A stretch of 60,490 bases of DNA, counting the filler, from Jimgerdemannia flammicorona (lineage: Eukaryota), in the NCBI GenBank assembly GCA_003990765.1. It is 2 parts of 2 records of this genome, joined end to end, with 100 filler letters (N's around TTAATTAATTAA, not from the genome) between each part and the next. Parts side by side here need not be neighbours in the genome. Positions count along the whole stretch, not along the records: positions 30,337 to 60,490 come from RBNJ01000453.1; 1 more part is not named here. One strand, 5' to 3'. This document shows positions 38,253 through 50,100 of the stretch, piece by piece (the stretch's first letter is position 1; each line of letters starts with the position of its first letter). Made by a program: the position numbers and the translations under genes. The notes beneath the pieces were generated by a model. It was not told the DNA's origin, ran no database searches, and saw nothing but the letters and a program-made list of their open reading frames with translations.

Positions 38253-39524
38253 ATGACATCACTACCTCCATCTGTCGTTATCGAGCTCGCAAGGTCCAAC
38301 TCCAGTTTTGCAGACGACAGCTTGTTGCGGAGATGGCAGCAATTCCTCACAAGTCACGAAGATATCAATCGCCCAGCCGAATCAATCCACGATTTTTTCA
38401 AATCTATCCAAAAAGTCGATTTGGCCATTTTCCTGCGCCGCCTGAACATTATTCTCGAAATTCTCAAGCTTTCCGAAATCAAACTGCATCCAAGGAATAT
38501 TTCTGTCACCAACTCGGAGGAAGACAGGAAATTCTTCCTGCTGTACAGAAACAAGAGCTCTCACAGCTTTGACGATTCCTACGGGTTTTCCCAACCCACC
38601 TTCTATGTAAATCCGGTGCAAGGACGTCTGAAAAACGCCGAGAGCGAACCGGAGCCAGAAATTATCTTAAGTCGCTTCCTGCTGATGGAAATTCGTCGTG
38701 ACAGTTTTCTCTGGCGATTCCTGTTTGGCCGCTTCCGCGAAGATGACTACTTACTGGCCATGCTCGATTGCAGCATCGCCTTCCAAGGGATCCTCTACAT
38801 CGGCTATGGACAAGATCCCGGGGGTACCGCCAACAGCTACAATGATCCCATCAAGTTTAAGATATTCCGTCGTCATGGATTCAATACCCAGGGCTGGATA
38901 AGTAATTTCAAATCGAAAGCCTCAGACGTCGCCTGGTTCGACTACCTTGACTACGAAAAGTACAAAGCCCAACAGAAGAACCGTGATTGCGGAAGGTTTG
39001 CCATCTCAAAGCAGACGCCTCAGGGGTTCGAAGACAAACCTGGACATTTCCTGTCCCTCTACCACAACGTCTACAAGATCCGCGACACGAAGAATCGCAA
39101 GTACCCTGCTCGCGTCCATGACTATCACAGCAGGATGGTGCAAACCATACCCTCTCTCCACATTGCCAAATGGACCCCAACGCAGTGGCAAGACGTGATA
39201 AACATTCCGTTGAAAAGGCTACAACGTATGCTTGATAATCCTGCTTATCGTCCCATCCACTGTCTGTGGAGTGAGAATTTGTGGACTGCGTTGTCGGCGG
39301 ATTTCAATGCCACGGAAGACCAGCAGAAGATGGGCGAACAAATCAAACTTATCAAAGCTTTACGGCACGATTTCGGTGGGAGCATCGAAGTCTTCCGAGC
39401 GTATGCACGGGAATGGGAAACGCGCCCGATGCTCCATATTCATCGGAAGTATGAAGTGTTGGGTTCAGCGTCAGCGGGCCAACTCCCAGTAGATCCAAGG
39501 TGCGCGATTAAGCAGAAATGGTAG
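38253..39524 (+). CDS. Hypothetical protein, 423 aa, uninterrupted ORF
   Basis: Long ORF with C-rich third positions, CpG retained and a diverged paralog. First ATG at 38253. No family recognised. Confidence 0.85.
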   Translation: MTSLPPSVVIELARSNSSFADDSLLRRWQQFLTSHEDINRPAESIHDFFKSIQKVDLAIFLRRLNIILEILKLSEIKLHPRNISVTNSEEDRKFFLLYRNKSSHSFDDSYGFSQPTFYVNPVQGRLKNAESEPEPEIILSRFLLMEIRRDSFLWRFLFGRFREDDYLLAMLDCSIAFQGILYIGYGQDPGGTANSYNDPIKFKIFRRHGFNTQGWISNFKSKASDVAWFDYLDYEKYKAQQKNRDCGRFAISKQTPQGFEDKPGHFLSLYHNVYKIRDTKNRKYPARVHDYHSRMVQTIPSLHIAKWTPTQWQDVINIPLKRLQRMLDNPAYRPIHCLWSENLWTALSADFNATEDQQKMGEQIKLIKALRHDFGGSIEVFRAYAREWETRPMLHIHRKYEVLGSASAGQLPVDPRCAIKQKW

Positions 39525-40468
39525 TCGCGTTGCAGTTATTATATGAGTTGTGACGAATTGTGCATCGACCTGTGGAAGACAACCTATGAAATAATTTCGT
39601 TTTAACACTGTAACTTTATGTGAACTAGGTATTACCTATAGATAGGATAAGTTCGTATATTTCTATATAAATACATCAGTGGGAGAAATTATCCATAATG
39701 ATACGAATGTTGAAAATAAAGATTTTTAAAAACATATCTGATGTTTCGCGAGGACTGGTTTTGCGTGGCAGGAAATCAGAGTCTTTACTTATTCATGCGC
39801 AGCAGTACTATGCATGTTCGGCACTTCATATATATCGGGAATTCTCTTCGATGAATATTTTTCCATCTCGTTTTCCCGACAGAAATGGGCACTTTTTGGA
39901 GGCTCTTTACACGGAAAACAACGACGGCAGTGGTCAACTTATATTGATGAAGGTAACATTCGCCCATGCTGATTATCTCGAGTTTTTGGATTCCAAACAA
40001 TTTGGATTTTGACCATATTTTAACTTTAGGATAATGCATGTGAATTTTCCAAGGCTTAGAAAGACAAAAACCGAAATTACGATAGGGACAATCAGAATTT
40101 TATAAGGGCGTAAAGGAGCAATTAATGTTTTTTACAAAACTTTATCTGAACACTGGGGAGAGTGCCGAGTATCCGTAATTACTCCGGTAATTCCACAACA
40201 GGAATCGTCGTCGGAATTGCTGAATTTCATATATTTTGGGGGCCTTCGACGAAAAAATCTAAACCCGACCAGAAGACAGAACATTCGCCGGTTTTCGAAT
40301 TTTGCTAGCTAAAGCTGCCGGCCCTGGCTATCATTATCACCGTACACCAATTGGCAACGACCATCATGTCAGTAAGAAAATATTTCGAGTTTCATATACA
40401 TCGCGGGCTGAAGAAAAAGATTTAGACGGCGACCGAACTTTGGTTGACTGTTTTACGATGTAATCGCC

Positions 40469-40667
40469 TAGGGATCCCAGATGGTTGGCCATATGGCCAA
40501 TGGCTGGCCAGGGTGGCTCAGCCTTAAATTTACAGCCAACTGGTCAAGTGGCATTTATGGACCTTTTATAAAACAGTCAAATAAGGCCTGGCCACTTGGC
40601 CAACAAATTTAAGGCCGAGCCACCCTGGCCAGCCATTGGCCATATGGCCAGCCATCTGGGATCCCTA
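40469..40667. mobile_element. 199-bp MITE with long TIRs
   Basis: ~63-bp near-perfect inverted repeats beginning TAGGGATCCCAGATGG; no clean TSD. Confidence 0.85.
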
Positions 40668-40861
40668 TTCGCGACGCTGCGGCCGTCTGCAGACTTACAA
40701 TATTGATGTGGCAACTCCCTCAGTAATATATTTTCGTATCAGTTGACTTCGCTCGACAAATAGACAGCCATGTTAAAATATTTAGAGATACCAAAACTTC
40801 ATAATAATCGATCAAAATTTATATTGTATTCGATGAAACCGAACAAACTAAAGTGTGACAA

Positions 40862-41618
40862 CTACTGAGGATTAGATGCAGATATAAAAATCTTGAGCGT
40901 TGACCAACCAACGGTACCACTCACATCCTCATCAAAAACGTGATAAGCATTCCCAGCATATTTCCAGTCACAACTTTCATCACTGGGCGCGACACCACCA
41001 CCGGGAACCTTTCTTCCACTGAATTTCCACCAAGTATTGGCAAAGGCACACGTAAGAGGCTCGACGAACGCGGAGCAAACTGGACACTTGCATTTGTGCT
41101 GGTCTTCGATGAAGTCAAAGTCCCGCTGACCCCAATTGACGATTACGCGCCGGTTATAGGCCTTGCAGGACGAGCTTTTGCATATTCCTATATATGAGAA
41201 AAGCAATGTGCATTCAATTACAAAATACGTCGAATGTTTTCTTTATAGCAGTAGAGTTTAGTCACAAGATTGTCTCACCTTCCAAATTCAAACCATTACA
41301 AGCTCTCCGCCAATCCGGACCATCCGTGCTCCATTCATGTCGTTTATATCCTGAGGTGTTGGTCAAATCCACGAATTGTGGCGCCAAAAAGCCACCTCGT
41401 AGGCGTAATACCAAATGCAAAGTTGACTCCTTCTGAACATTGTAGTCGCTAAGTGTACGCGTTTCTTCAAGTTGCTGGCCGGCGAAAATGAGTTTCTGTT
41501 GGTCGGGAGGGATACCTTCCTTATCTTGGATCTTCTCCTTGACCTTAAGTATGGTATCCTTTGATTCGGTATCAATGACGACGTTTTTACCCGTTAGGGT
41601 TTTGACAAAAATCTTCAT
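40862..41618 (-). CDS. Divergent ubiquitin fused to a 145-aa Cys/Trp-rich domain (221 aa; exons 41618-41279 and 41187-40862)
   Basis: 76-aa ubiquitin ending LRLRGG. A 91-nt GT..AG intron restores GLNLE-G-ICK, and the spliced CDS is 666 nt. The tail has C-x4-C and CxCPxC motifs. Confidence 0.88.
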
Positions 41619-42649
41619 TATGTGTTCTTGACGTGATGGGTGTAAATTTTGTGAAAAGAAAGACCGTCTTTTTATGAACATTATCAACTTGCAAAGAGCC
41701 GTAGTCGCCATTCCCACAGGCACGTGGTTGTGTTACAGAATATGCTCGATATGGACAGGCGCTGTCAACAACATCGTCATCAGCATTAAGGTTCTACCTC
41801 AAGTGGCACCGTGATTCGGCGGGTGCACAATAGAATTCTATGCTTTACATTCTGAGCGGATGGGGAAACCACAATTGAATTTAAATATTCATATTAAACT
41901 AACTATTTATCTGCACTATCTGATGAATTGAGGCTAAAATATGAAAATTATAATATGGCTGAATAAAGTCATGCTACGCCACCTTTGTAGTTGTCTACCA
42001 CAGTATATTACGTAATGGAGGCTGGCCATCAATTGGTAGGAACCGGTCCTATCAAATTCAGCGGCACAACCCATGAATAAACTATTTTTATGCTTTATAG
42101 GCATCCGAGGTGTCTTGCCAAGAACACCGATATATCATTATATCATGATAAGGCGCATGATGACTTGAAAGTTAGCTTAAGGAAGGGTAAGCCACAATCT
42201 ACAACGTTGATTTACACGCGAAGCGTACTTTGAATTGGAGCCAGAACATAGATCTGCGCCTTGTACTTTGGTTCGATCTTGTGTACATTAGCTCAAACCG
42301 TTACGGGCTCCCCGCCAAACCGACCGTCCCATATTTATGATAGATTTTGTTAGCGATTACCAAATTTGATAGCGGTAGCTGATTCGGAAGGCGAAGTCAT
42401 TACCACATGGATCTTATGCCAAGCAGCCGTGGAACTCAGTAACTATTAGATGGGCAGACTTGAGAAAGTTGCCTTTCGAACTTGGGAATCCCCATCTAAC
42501 TGCTGCAGATTCGCAATACTGCACTTGTCACTACAAACGACGGCTTGCATGTTTATTTCGGATTTGTCATCGGAAATGCTGCATTTTATATTTTGAGGGA
42601 CGTTGACGAAAAAAAAAAAAAAAAAAAAAAAAAAAAACGGATACTCGAT

Positions 42650-43080
42650 TAGCAGACAGAACATTATCCGGTCGGTGAGTTTTGCACGCTAAAACTACCT
42701 ATCGAAGCCAGGCCCTGGCTATAATTGACACCATACACCAATTGGCGATGAGCGCTCCTCTGCACCATGCTGCGGAGACCGGCAAAATTGACGTGGCAAT
42801 TCCCTTAGTAATATATTTCGCGTACCAGTTAACTTTGCCCAACCAGAACAACTTGAACAGTAGACAACAGGGGCAATATATTTTGGATATCACAAATTTG
42901 TTAGACTGAGTCGTACTGATTGTCGAAACCGTACAAAACTAGAGTGTAGCAACTACCTTGGAGCACATGAAAGATATATGAATCTTTTGTTAGACTGAGT
43001 CGTACTGATTGACAACTAGAGTGCAGCAACTACCTTGGACCATATGAAGATATATGAATCTTTTGTTAGACTGAGTCGCA
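42650..43080 (-). repeat. Relic duplicate of the 3' end and downstream flank of the ubiquitin-fusion gene, with a small local tandem duplication
   Basis: 42655-42750 resembles 40275-40360, and 42787-42985 resembles 40702-40895 including the stop codon. The block at ~42898-42985 recurs, with a deletion, at ~42988-43063. Confidence 0.7.
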
Positions 43081-44666
43081 AAGAAAGCATTAGACTAAAT
43101 AGCGATTGATGAAGAGGAATTAGGCATTGACGTTATTTGTAATTAATTATATCTGCCCATATTTTAATGAAAGCTGTCATCAGAAGTGCATGAATAATTT
43201 ATTTATGTCTCATTTTTATTGGGCAGCGAAGTGAGGTCTATAATCAAGAAAGCCGACTTCCAAAAGTTTAGGGTTAGGGTTACTAATTTGATGATATATT
43301 TTTTATATACACTTGCCGTCGTCCCCCTCAGTTATTATTATGTGTACGAAAAATGAACCAATTGAGATCCATACCACAGAACCCTACGCCAGCCACTGAC
43401 CCGCAAACCCAAACCTCAACACTTCACCCAACAGTCCCTCGTACTCCAGCTCGAGAACGGTGAGCCTTTCGGTCTAGTCGCTTCCGCTAAGTGCTTCATT
43501 GGCCCAATGGCTTGCTTACAATCTGTTTGTGCTGCCGATTAGGGAACAGGAAGCGGAGAACTCGGAATATAGAGACACGAGCTCCTCTGTGTTTATCAAA
43601 CTGAGGACTCTATATTATACAGACATTCCACGATGCTGTTCGACGGGGTGAGGGGATGATACCCTTTTAATCGCCATTTTTCCATCACACTGTGGAATAC
43701 AGTTGGGTTCGGTCGAGTGCTGGGGTTTCATGGAAAGACGAGGAGAGCCTGTGTTCGTATCGTCGTGGAAAATGTTTTACACCTGGTTTGGCCATAGGCG
43801 CGAATAGTGTCATTACAACAGCCAATAATATATGTGGGGTCGACTTAGGTTCGGTTCTATTGTATCATAAATGGATGCGCAAGTGGCTGGGATGAGAGAC
43901 AAACTTATTGTCATGATGGAGTAGTCAAAGATTACTGAATGAGAAGGTGTAGGTGACGGGATCGACGATCAGCAGCACGGCAGGAAGAAAGATAATATAT
44001 ATTAAGACAGGTGTTTCGGGAAGAAGCAGATATGGTCACCGAGAAGGGGAAGGAAAAATAACACTGAATCCCAAGCGAAAATCGCTTGATCCCTCCTAAC
44101 CACACACATCAACAAACTCTTAACACTTCCGAAGTCGGCGAACCCTCCCAATACGTGACAACAGTCTTATCGGGTGACAGGCCTCCAACAGGATGATGAC
44201 ATTGCCGTTGCAGTATTTGATTTCATGAATTATCTTGCACGATTGAATGGCATAGGGGTATAGAGGGATATATAATAGACCTGGGGTTCTGATCTGCCAT
44301 CTCGCACAACACAGCAAATCCAATATATGCCCGACAATGTACACTTTAACTTCCCAATCCTCGTCCTTCAGCCCTTCCACCCACCGTCCATCTCGACCCC
44401 CTTATCCTTCTCTCTCACTCACTTGCCGGTTTGCTCACAAGGTTCTGGTTCCCAAAAACTGTACATCAATGTCGTCGGCGCAACTCTCCTCTCCTGTCCA
44501 ACTTCTTCCTGGAGCCAAGCGCATCATCATCGAACGGGAACTTCTGACGACATGCCTCAGATAGAACATCTAAACTAGGTAACACCAGGTTCCAGGCTGC
44601 AGAAGGAAAGGTGTTGTGGGATGCAAGCAGGTGTGTGCGAGGACGTGTCTTTGTTGAAATTCTCAT

Positions 44667-46396
44667 TATTACATCTTGATAATGTGGCTTATATATAACT
44701 ATGTCATCTTTGAGTTATGTCACTCAATGTGTAAATACATGCTATCTGGAATAATAAACAATGTCCTCTTCTCATCACTCTATATTCCCAACTAAGATAT
44801 GACAAAGATTATAAGCCCTGGTTAGCAGCTAACAAGAAACACCTCTCTAAGACTATACACTACTCTATACCAAGATGTCACAACTGAAGAATTAAGGAGC
44901 CAGTATAAACACATCAGCCATAGTAGACACAGGTATCCCTGGAATGAGTATGATGGTCACAGTTTCTATGGTAAGCATAAATATAGCAAAGAGGTTGATT
45001 TCTTTCTTTGATAACAAGGATTACACTATTTGGGTATTCTATATAAGCAATCTTCTAGAGGAGTGCCACTTGGCAGAGTATATGAAACTACAAGTATAGA
45101 TTCAAGATTATAATATTACAAATAATTACTGAGTATTATGAGAGATTGTATATTATTGAACTAGCAAATGAAGCTTATAATATATGCTATAATAGTCTAT
45201 AATATGTAGAAAACTCTACACAATTGATACCCCCTTTCTCTGCTATCTTACCAGTCACAATGGTTTGGTAGGCAATCTTCCAAGTTCACTTTCCACAACT
45301 ATTACCCCCTCTATCTCAAGTTGGTTTACTGTATCTATTGCAGGGCAGTAGGGGGAAGGCAATAGTGATGAGTTGCCCCTTTATTGGTGTCTGATCAGTG
45401 TCTTCTCTACTTTTTCACAGTTTCTGGTACCTTTGGCTATGTCTGGAGTACATTTGTTTTGGTGCAGTGCTTTCTTCCTTTTACCATCACCAATAAGGTA
45501 CTGTCTCAGTATATCATAGGTTATATAGGGAGTCAGCTGATCTTGGGTGTCAAGTGCTCAGTGTAGGTTACCTGCAGGTCCTCAGTATCTGTGGTGGGGC
45601 TCTCTGGCTTTGGCAAGCTTCCTGGTGAGTATATTTCTGGTATAGGTGATTGTTTTTTGAGTGATTTCAGGATAGGAGAGAAGATGGCCATCACAGATAA
45701 AAGAAAGGGCAATTATGGTGAACCAGTAGAGTGCCAGACTGGGGGTGGTCATTGGGACTGGGACAGGTGCTGCTTTGGTAGGGCCTTTTGATTGGTGTGG
45801 AGCAGTTAGGTGATAGATATCACTCTTAGCTTCTTTTGGCAATTCAGCAGGTTAGGCCCTGGTTATTGGGGGGGGTTGGGGGGCCTGAGGCTACCCATTT
45901 CAGATATCTTGACTATACTTAACTGAAACTGGGAGCTGATATAGCAATATGATCGAGGCCCACAGGCTTGAGTAGTGGGGTATTGGGAGTCTTCTCCTGC
46001 CTTACATATAAGTCCTTTACTCATCTTAACTGGGAGAACCAGGCTCTACCCACCATGATATACTTTGATGAGAGTTTTTCTTTGTCTGCCATTCTTCTTG
46101 GAGTAGCAGAGGCTATTCTATTTGGCTTAGGCATGGCCTTGTACATATATTGGAGTCTTGGATATATACTTTCAGTCGTTGGTATATAGCTGGGTTCCCC
46201 TCAGTAGTAGGGAGAGCATGGTATGCAAAATGAGGTATGGGCCAAAATAGGCCCTGCTGCACCTGGTATGGTCAAGCTGCTGGATAATAGCTAGCCTAGA
46301 TTAATAGAGAGGCAGTGCTTGATGAGTGGTGGGAGAGGGTTTTGGCCTATATAGTCTAGGTTCTCTTCCAATAAAAATCCACAGGACATTGAGTCC

Positions 46397-46461
<65 letters not shown>

Positions 46462-47130
46462 ACACAATCATCATATACAAGTATTTTTATCAAATCAGTT
46501 TTATCTACAATCTCAGCTATTTAATCTATAAATAAAACCTAAGAAAAGTATCTATAAATATACTAATTATATCAATGATCTGATGAATTAAGTGAATTTT
46601 CTAAATATGTCAGTAGAGTATATCAGCAATGAAGACAAGATTTTGGCCCTTATAAGAGACCTCTCTAAGGCATATAACATTATAGTAACAGTTATATATG
46701 AGAGCAAGAAACTTATAGACTAAGTCTTATTAATGAAGAGATGCATCAAGAAAATATTAACAATAATATTAATGAGAAAGGATTCTATAAATCAAACAGA
46801 TAAGATAAGAAGATCAAAAACATAAATCTAAGTTTGATGGAAACTATTAGTAGTAAGTATAGATATATGTAGAAAAGTTACTATTGTAAAAATAAGAAAA
46901 ATGATTAAAAGTCAGTATTAACAACATGGGAGTAGTAGAAAGAAATATGACAGCAAAGAGTAATATTATATGCTAAATACTATCAAAATTGATGAAAATT
47001 AGGATAGAGATATATTCTACATATAAGTAATATATACTGAGTATCTGGAGAAGACATCTATATCCATATCTAAGCTACGAACTTTTGAAATAATAAAAAG
47101 TAATAATATAAGCAAAGTATATACTAATAT
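44667..47130 (+). mobile_element. Extremely decayed Ty1/copia element (LTR end, PBS, gag, probable protease), split by the retroposon at 45225-46457
   Basis: ...tgaca-aa-gattataagccc (decayed GGTTATGAGCCC copia PBS, ~44807). Gag-like FDNKDYTIW...NLLEE, and UBN2-like ISNEDKILALIRDLSKAYNIIVTVI at ~46620-46700. Confidence 0.65.
45225..46457 (+). mobile_element. 1.2-kb non-autonomous poly(A) retroposon (SINE-like), complete copy
   Basis: TSD (aaa)ctctacacaat at 45214-45224 and 46458-46468; AATAAA; 58-A tail (46400-46457); second copy at 30337-31437; no RT ORF. Confidence 0.85.
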
Positions 47131-50100
47131 AGTATAATGTGCCTGACTCAATAGAGGCAAATTATAAGGTTGAGGGTTGATGTAGTTTGGCTTGAGCCTC
47201 TAGTTACTTTGTCAAAAAGCAACAAAATATTCTAAGATTCCTGAGATCCTTGGTGTTTAGTGGTATAATAGTCAAAGGCGAGCAGTTTGTATATTGATTT
47301 CCTAATTGGGGTAATTCTCTAGATGTAGTAGCAATTTGTATATGAATGGATTTCCTTCTTGAATCAACTGGAAGTTGGTAGAATTCATATATAGCACAAT
47401 GGGTTCCTTATTTAGATCAATTGGAAATATCACAATTTACATTGCACAATGATCACTGTATAATAGTCCAGCAATTTAGCAGTTCTCCTTCTTGAGTAAC
47501 AAGCAATCTCTATATAGTGTAATGATCTCTGTATAGCATGATGATCTCTAAAAGTATGTGATTTCTGACAGATAACTCAATTTGGCTTACTGGGAATAGA
47601 GGTTGATATGGGTTCTTCTTACTGGGAATTATACTAATGGTGGGGTCTTCTCAGGCTCACTGGAAACAATGAATAACTTGATGGTAGATAATTTAGATAA
47701 CTCAGATAACTCAGATGTTGTGGGTTCAGCTTCAACTGGATATACTACTCAGATGGTATAGGTTCTCTGGAAATGTGGATAACTCAAAAATAGTGGATGA
47801 TGCAGATTCTCTAAAATCAATGGGTTTCTGAGAAATAACTTGGATGGCATGAGTTCTTCTGAATCAGGCTCTTCTGGGAATATGATGGTACAGATTTCTT
47901 CTGAATCAGCGGCTTTAACTGGGAAATAGCAGTAAAGTTCTTCCTTGAACTTAGGTAGCAAACTTCAGGCTTATCTGGCAAGCAAACTAAAATCAGACTC
48001 ATTCTTTATATCAGAAAGTAGACCAGAGTAGAAGAGAAGAGAATCAAGCTCACAACTTCTTGACAGTGGCTCATTGGCAGGCATATCTCCTAAGTATTGC
48101 AATTCTTTCTAAATCAAGTGGCTTTTGGCAGATATTTCTCCTAAGTGTATCAGACAATTGACTTTTGCTTTGGTTTGTATTCAACTTTTGGACTGAGGTT
48201 TATTCACTCTTATCTCTGAGGTAATTTATACAAGTTAGTTGCTATCAGGTTACTATGTAGCTAACTATAGATTTGCTACTTATGGCAGGTGTACAGAGTC
48301 TGTATAGGTAAACAGACCCTATCTGGTATGTCTGGCTAATTATAAGTGTGGCAGCATGGGTAACTATGATATACTAGATGTCATGCTGGGAGCCTATGTC
48401 ATCTGATTAAATATACCAATTGTTTGTATTATCTGGCTAAGTTATAATTTGAGTGGTATGTTTTGGTCTTGTTACATTAGTCCCCACTAAAGAATAGTCT
48501 GTCCCAGACTGTTCTTCAGTCATCATCTCAATAAGCATAGACTACTTCTACATCTACATATATCTGTTCTATCATCTTCATTGTCTCTACTAGGGTTACT
48601 CCATTCTATGGACTCTTTCTCTTCTTTAGGGAATAGAATTTTGACGGAATTGATGATACTCAAATAGGGGACAGGGTTCATTTCTTGAATATTATTCAGG
48701 GAGAACTGCACCTAAGTCAGAGCTGTGACATTTCATGTATAGTCTATCTGCAGCAATAGTGTCTCTCCTGATCAGACCTGTGGTATTCCTGATGTAGGTC
48801 TGATCTGGGGCTGGAAGATTCTGCAATTGTTTGCCAATTGCATAATAGGCCTACAGTTGGTGGACTTGTAGTAGGTGCCTGGCCAAGGTGAGATTTTCTT
48901 GGTGAACTTGGATCTTCTGAAAGGGGTTTTTATTGGCTTAGCTGAATTGAGGTAGAGGAACTGGTAGGGCCTGGAAGGAGCTGAGGACCAATGTCTGGAG
49001 GCACTGATTAATCCTTTAGCTCATGGTGCAGGGGAAAATATAGTTTGAGGTGATTGATGTATACTGGTATTCTCAGGGTTTATCCATCCATGCTTCTTAA
49101 ATAGATGCTAGTTCCTCTGATATTATGTATATACAAGATAAGGTCCTTCCCATTTGAGTTCCAGTTTGGCAGTAAAATTCATTTCAATTATTCTTCTCAA
49201 AACTAGTACTTATCTCTAATCTTGATCTCCTGATATTTCTGTTTTTAGTTATAGTACTTCTTTTGTCTTTCTTGGGCTTTGATAATCTGTCCTCAGGCTT
49301 GATTACATAACTGTTCTGCCTTCTTGAGGAGGTCTCCAAGACACTCATGATTAGCAGTTCTGGTTTTCTTGGCAAACATCATTTTGAATGGCTTCTGTTT
49401 GGTGGAGGCAGCAGAGGTATTCCAAATTTCCCATAGGATCTCAGGTAAGCAGAGGGTCCAATTGGTAGAATTGACTTAGGCAAGTCCTTTTTTGATGGTT
49501 TAGTTTATTATTTCTGTCATACCATTGGTCTGAGAATGATATAATGTGATTTGTTTGAGATGAATCTTGTAAATTCGGGCATAACTTGTGATTATGTTGT
49601 TGATGAATTCTGTGCCTCGCTCAGAGATAAGTTCTTCTTGGAATCTATATCTGAGTGTGAGTCCATAGAGAAGGCCTACAATGGTTAGAGCATCTGTGAT
49701 TTCCATTGGGAAAGCCTCTGGCCACTTGGTCAGATATTTCATAAATACAAGAATATATTTGTTTCTTCTTAGTGTAATCAGTAGAGGTCCAATTACATCT
49801 ACTCCCCATCTCTGAAAGATGTGAGTGGGTGGGGGAATCAGTTGCAAAGGGGCTTGATAGTTCTTCTTTTCTTGGTACTTCTGGCAAGTATCACATTTCT
49901 GGATGATATCTCCAACCTGGATTCTGAGGTGGGGCTGGTGTTGATACAGTTTTCAAATCTTATCTTCTATACTTGTCTGTCCTTGGTGGGCTTTCTGATG
50001 ATCTTTACAGATGAGATCTTCTTGTGCCTTGATGGGCTGAAGAGCTTTTTTTAGGATGTAGTTCCTTGGGACACCCTTCTTCTAGTTTATTGGGGTTGGT

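Noticed and set aside
43268..43282. TTAGGG telomere-like repeat
   Set aside because: Only 2.5 units; not distinguishable from chance.
43350..44600. Possible decayed intron-containing gene (weak trypsin-like 'GLAIGANSVITTANN')
   Set aside because: CpG-rich with some splice-like sites, but no consistent frame or catalytic motifs could be reconstructed.
47135..48010. Additional LTR-like and gag-like sequence left of the last gypsy element
   Set aside because: TE-like and CpG-depleted, but boundaries and family could not be established by eye.
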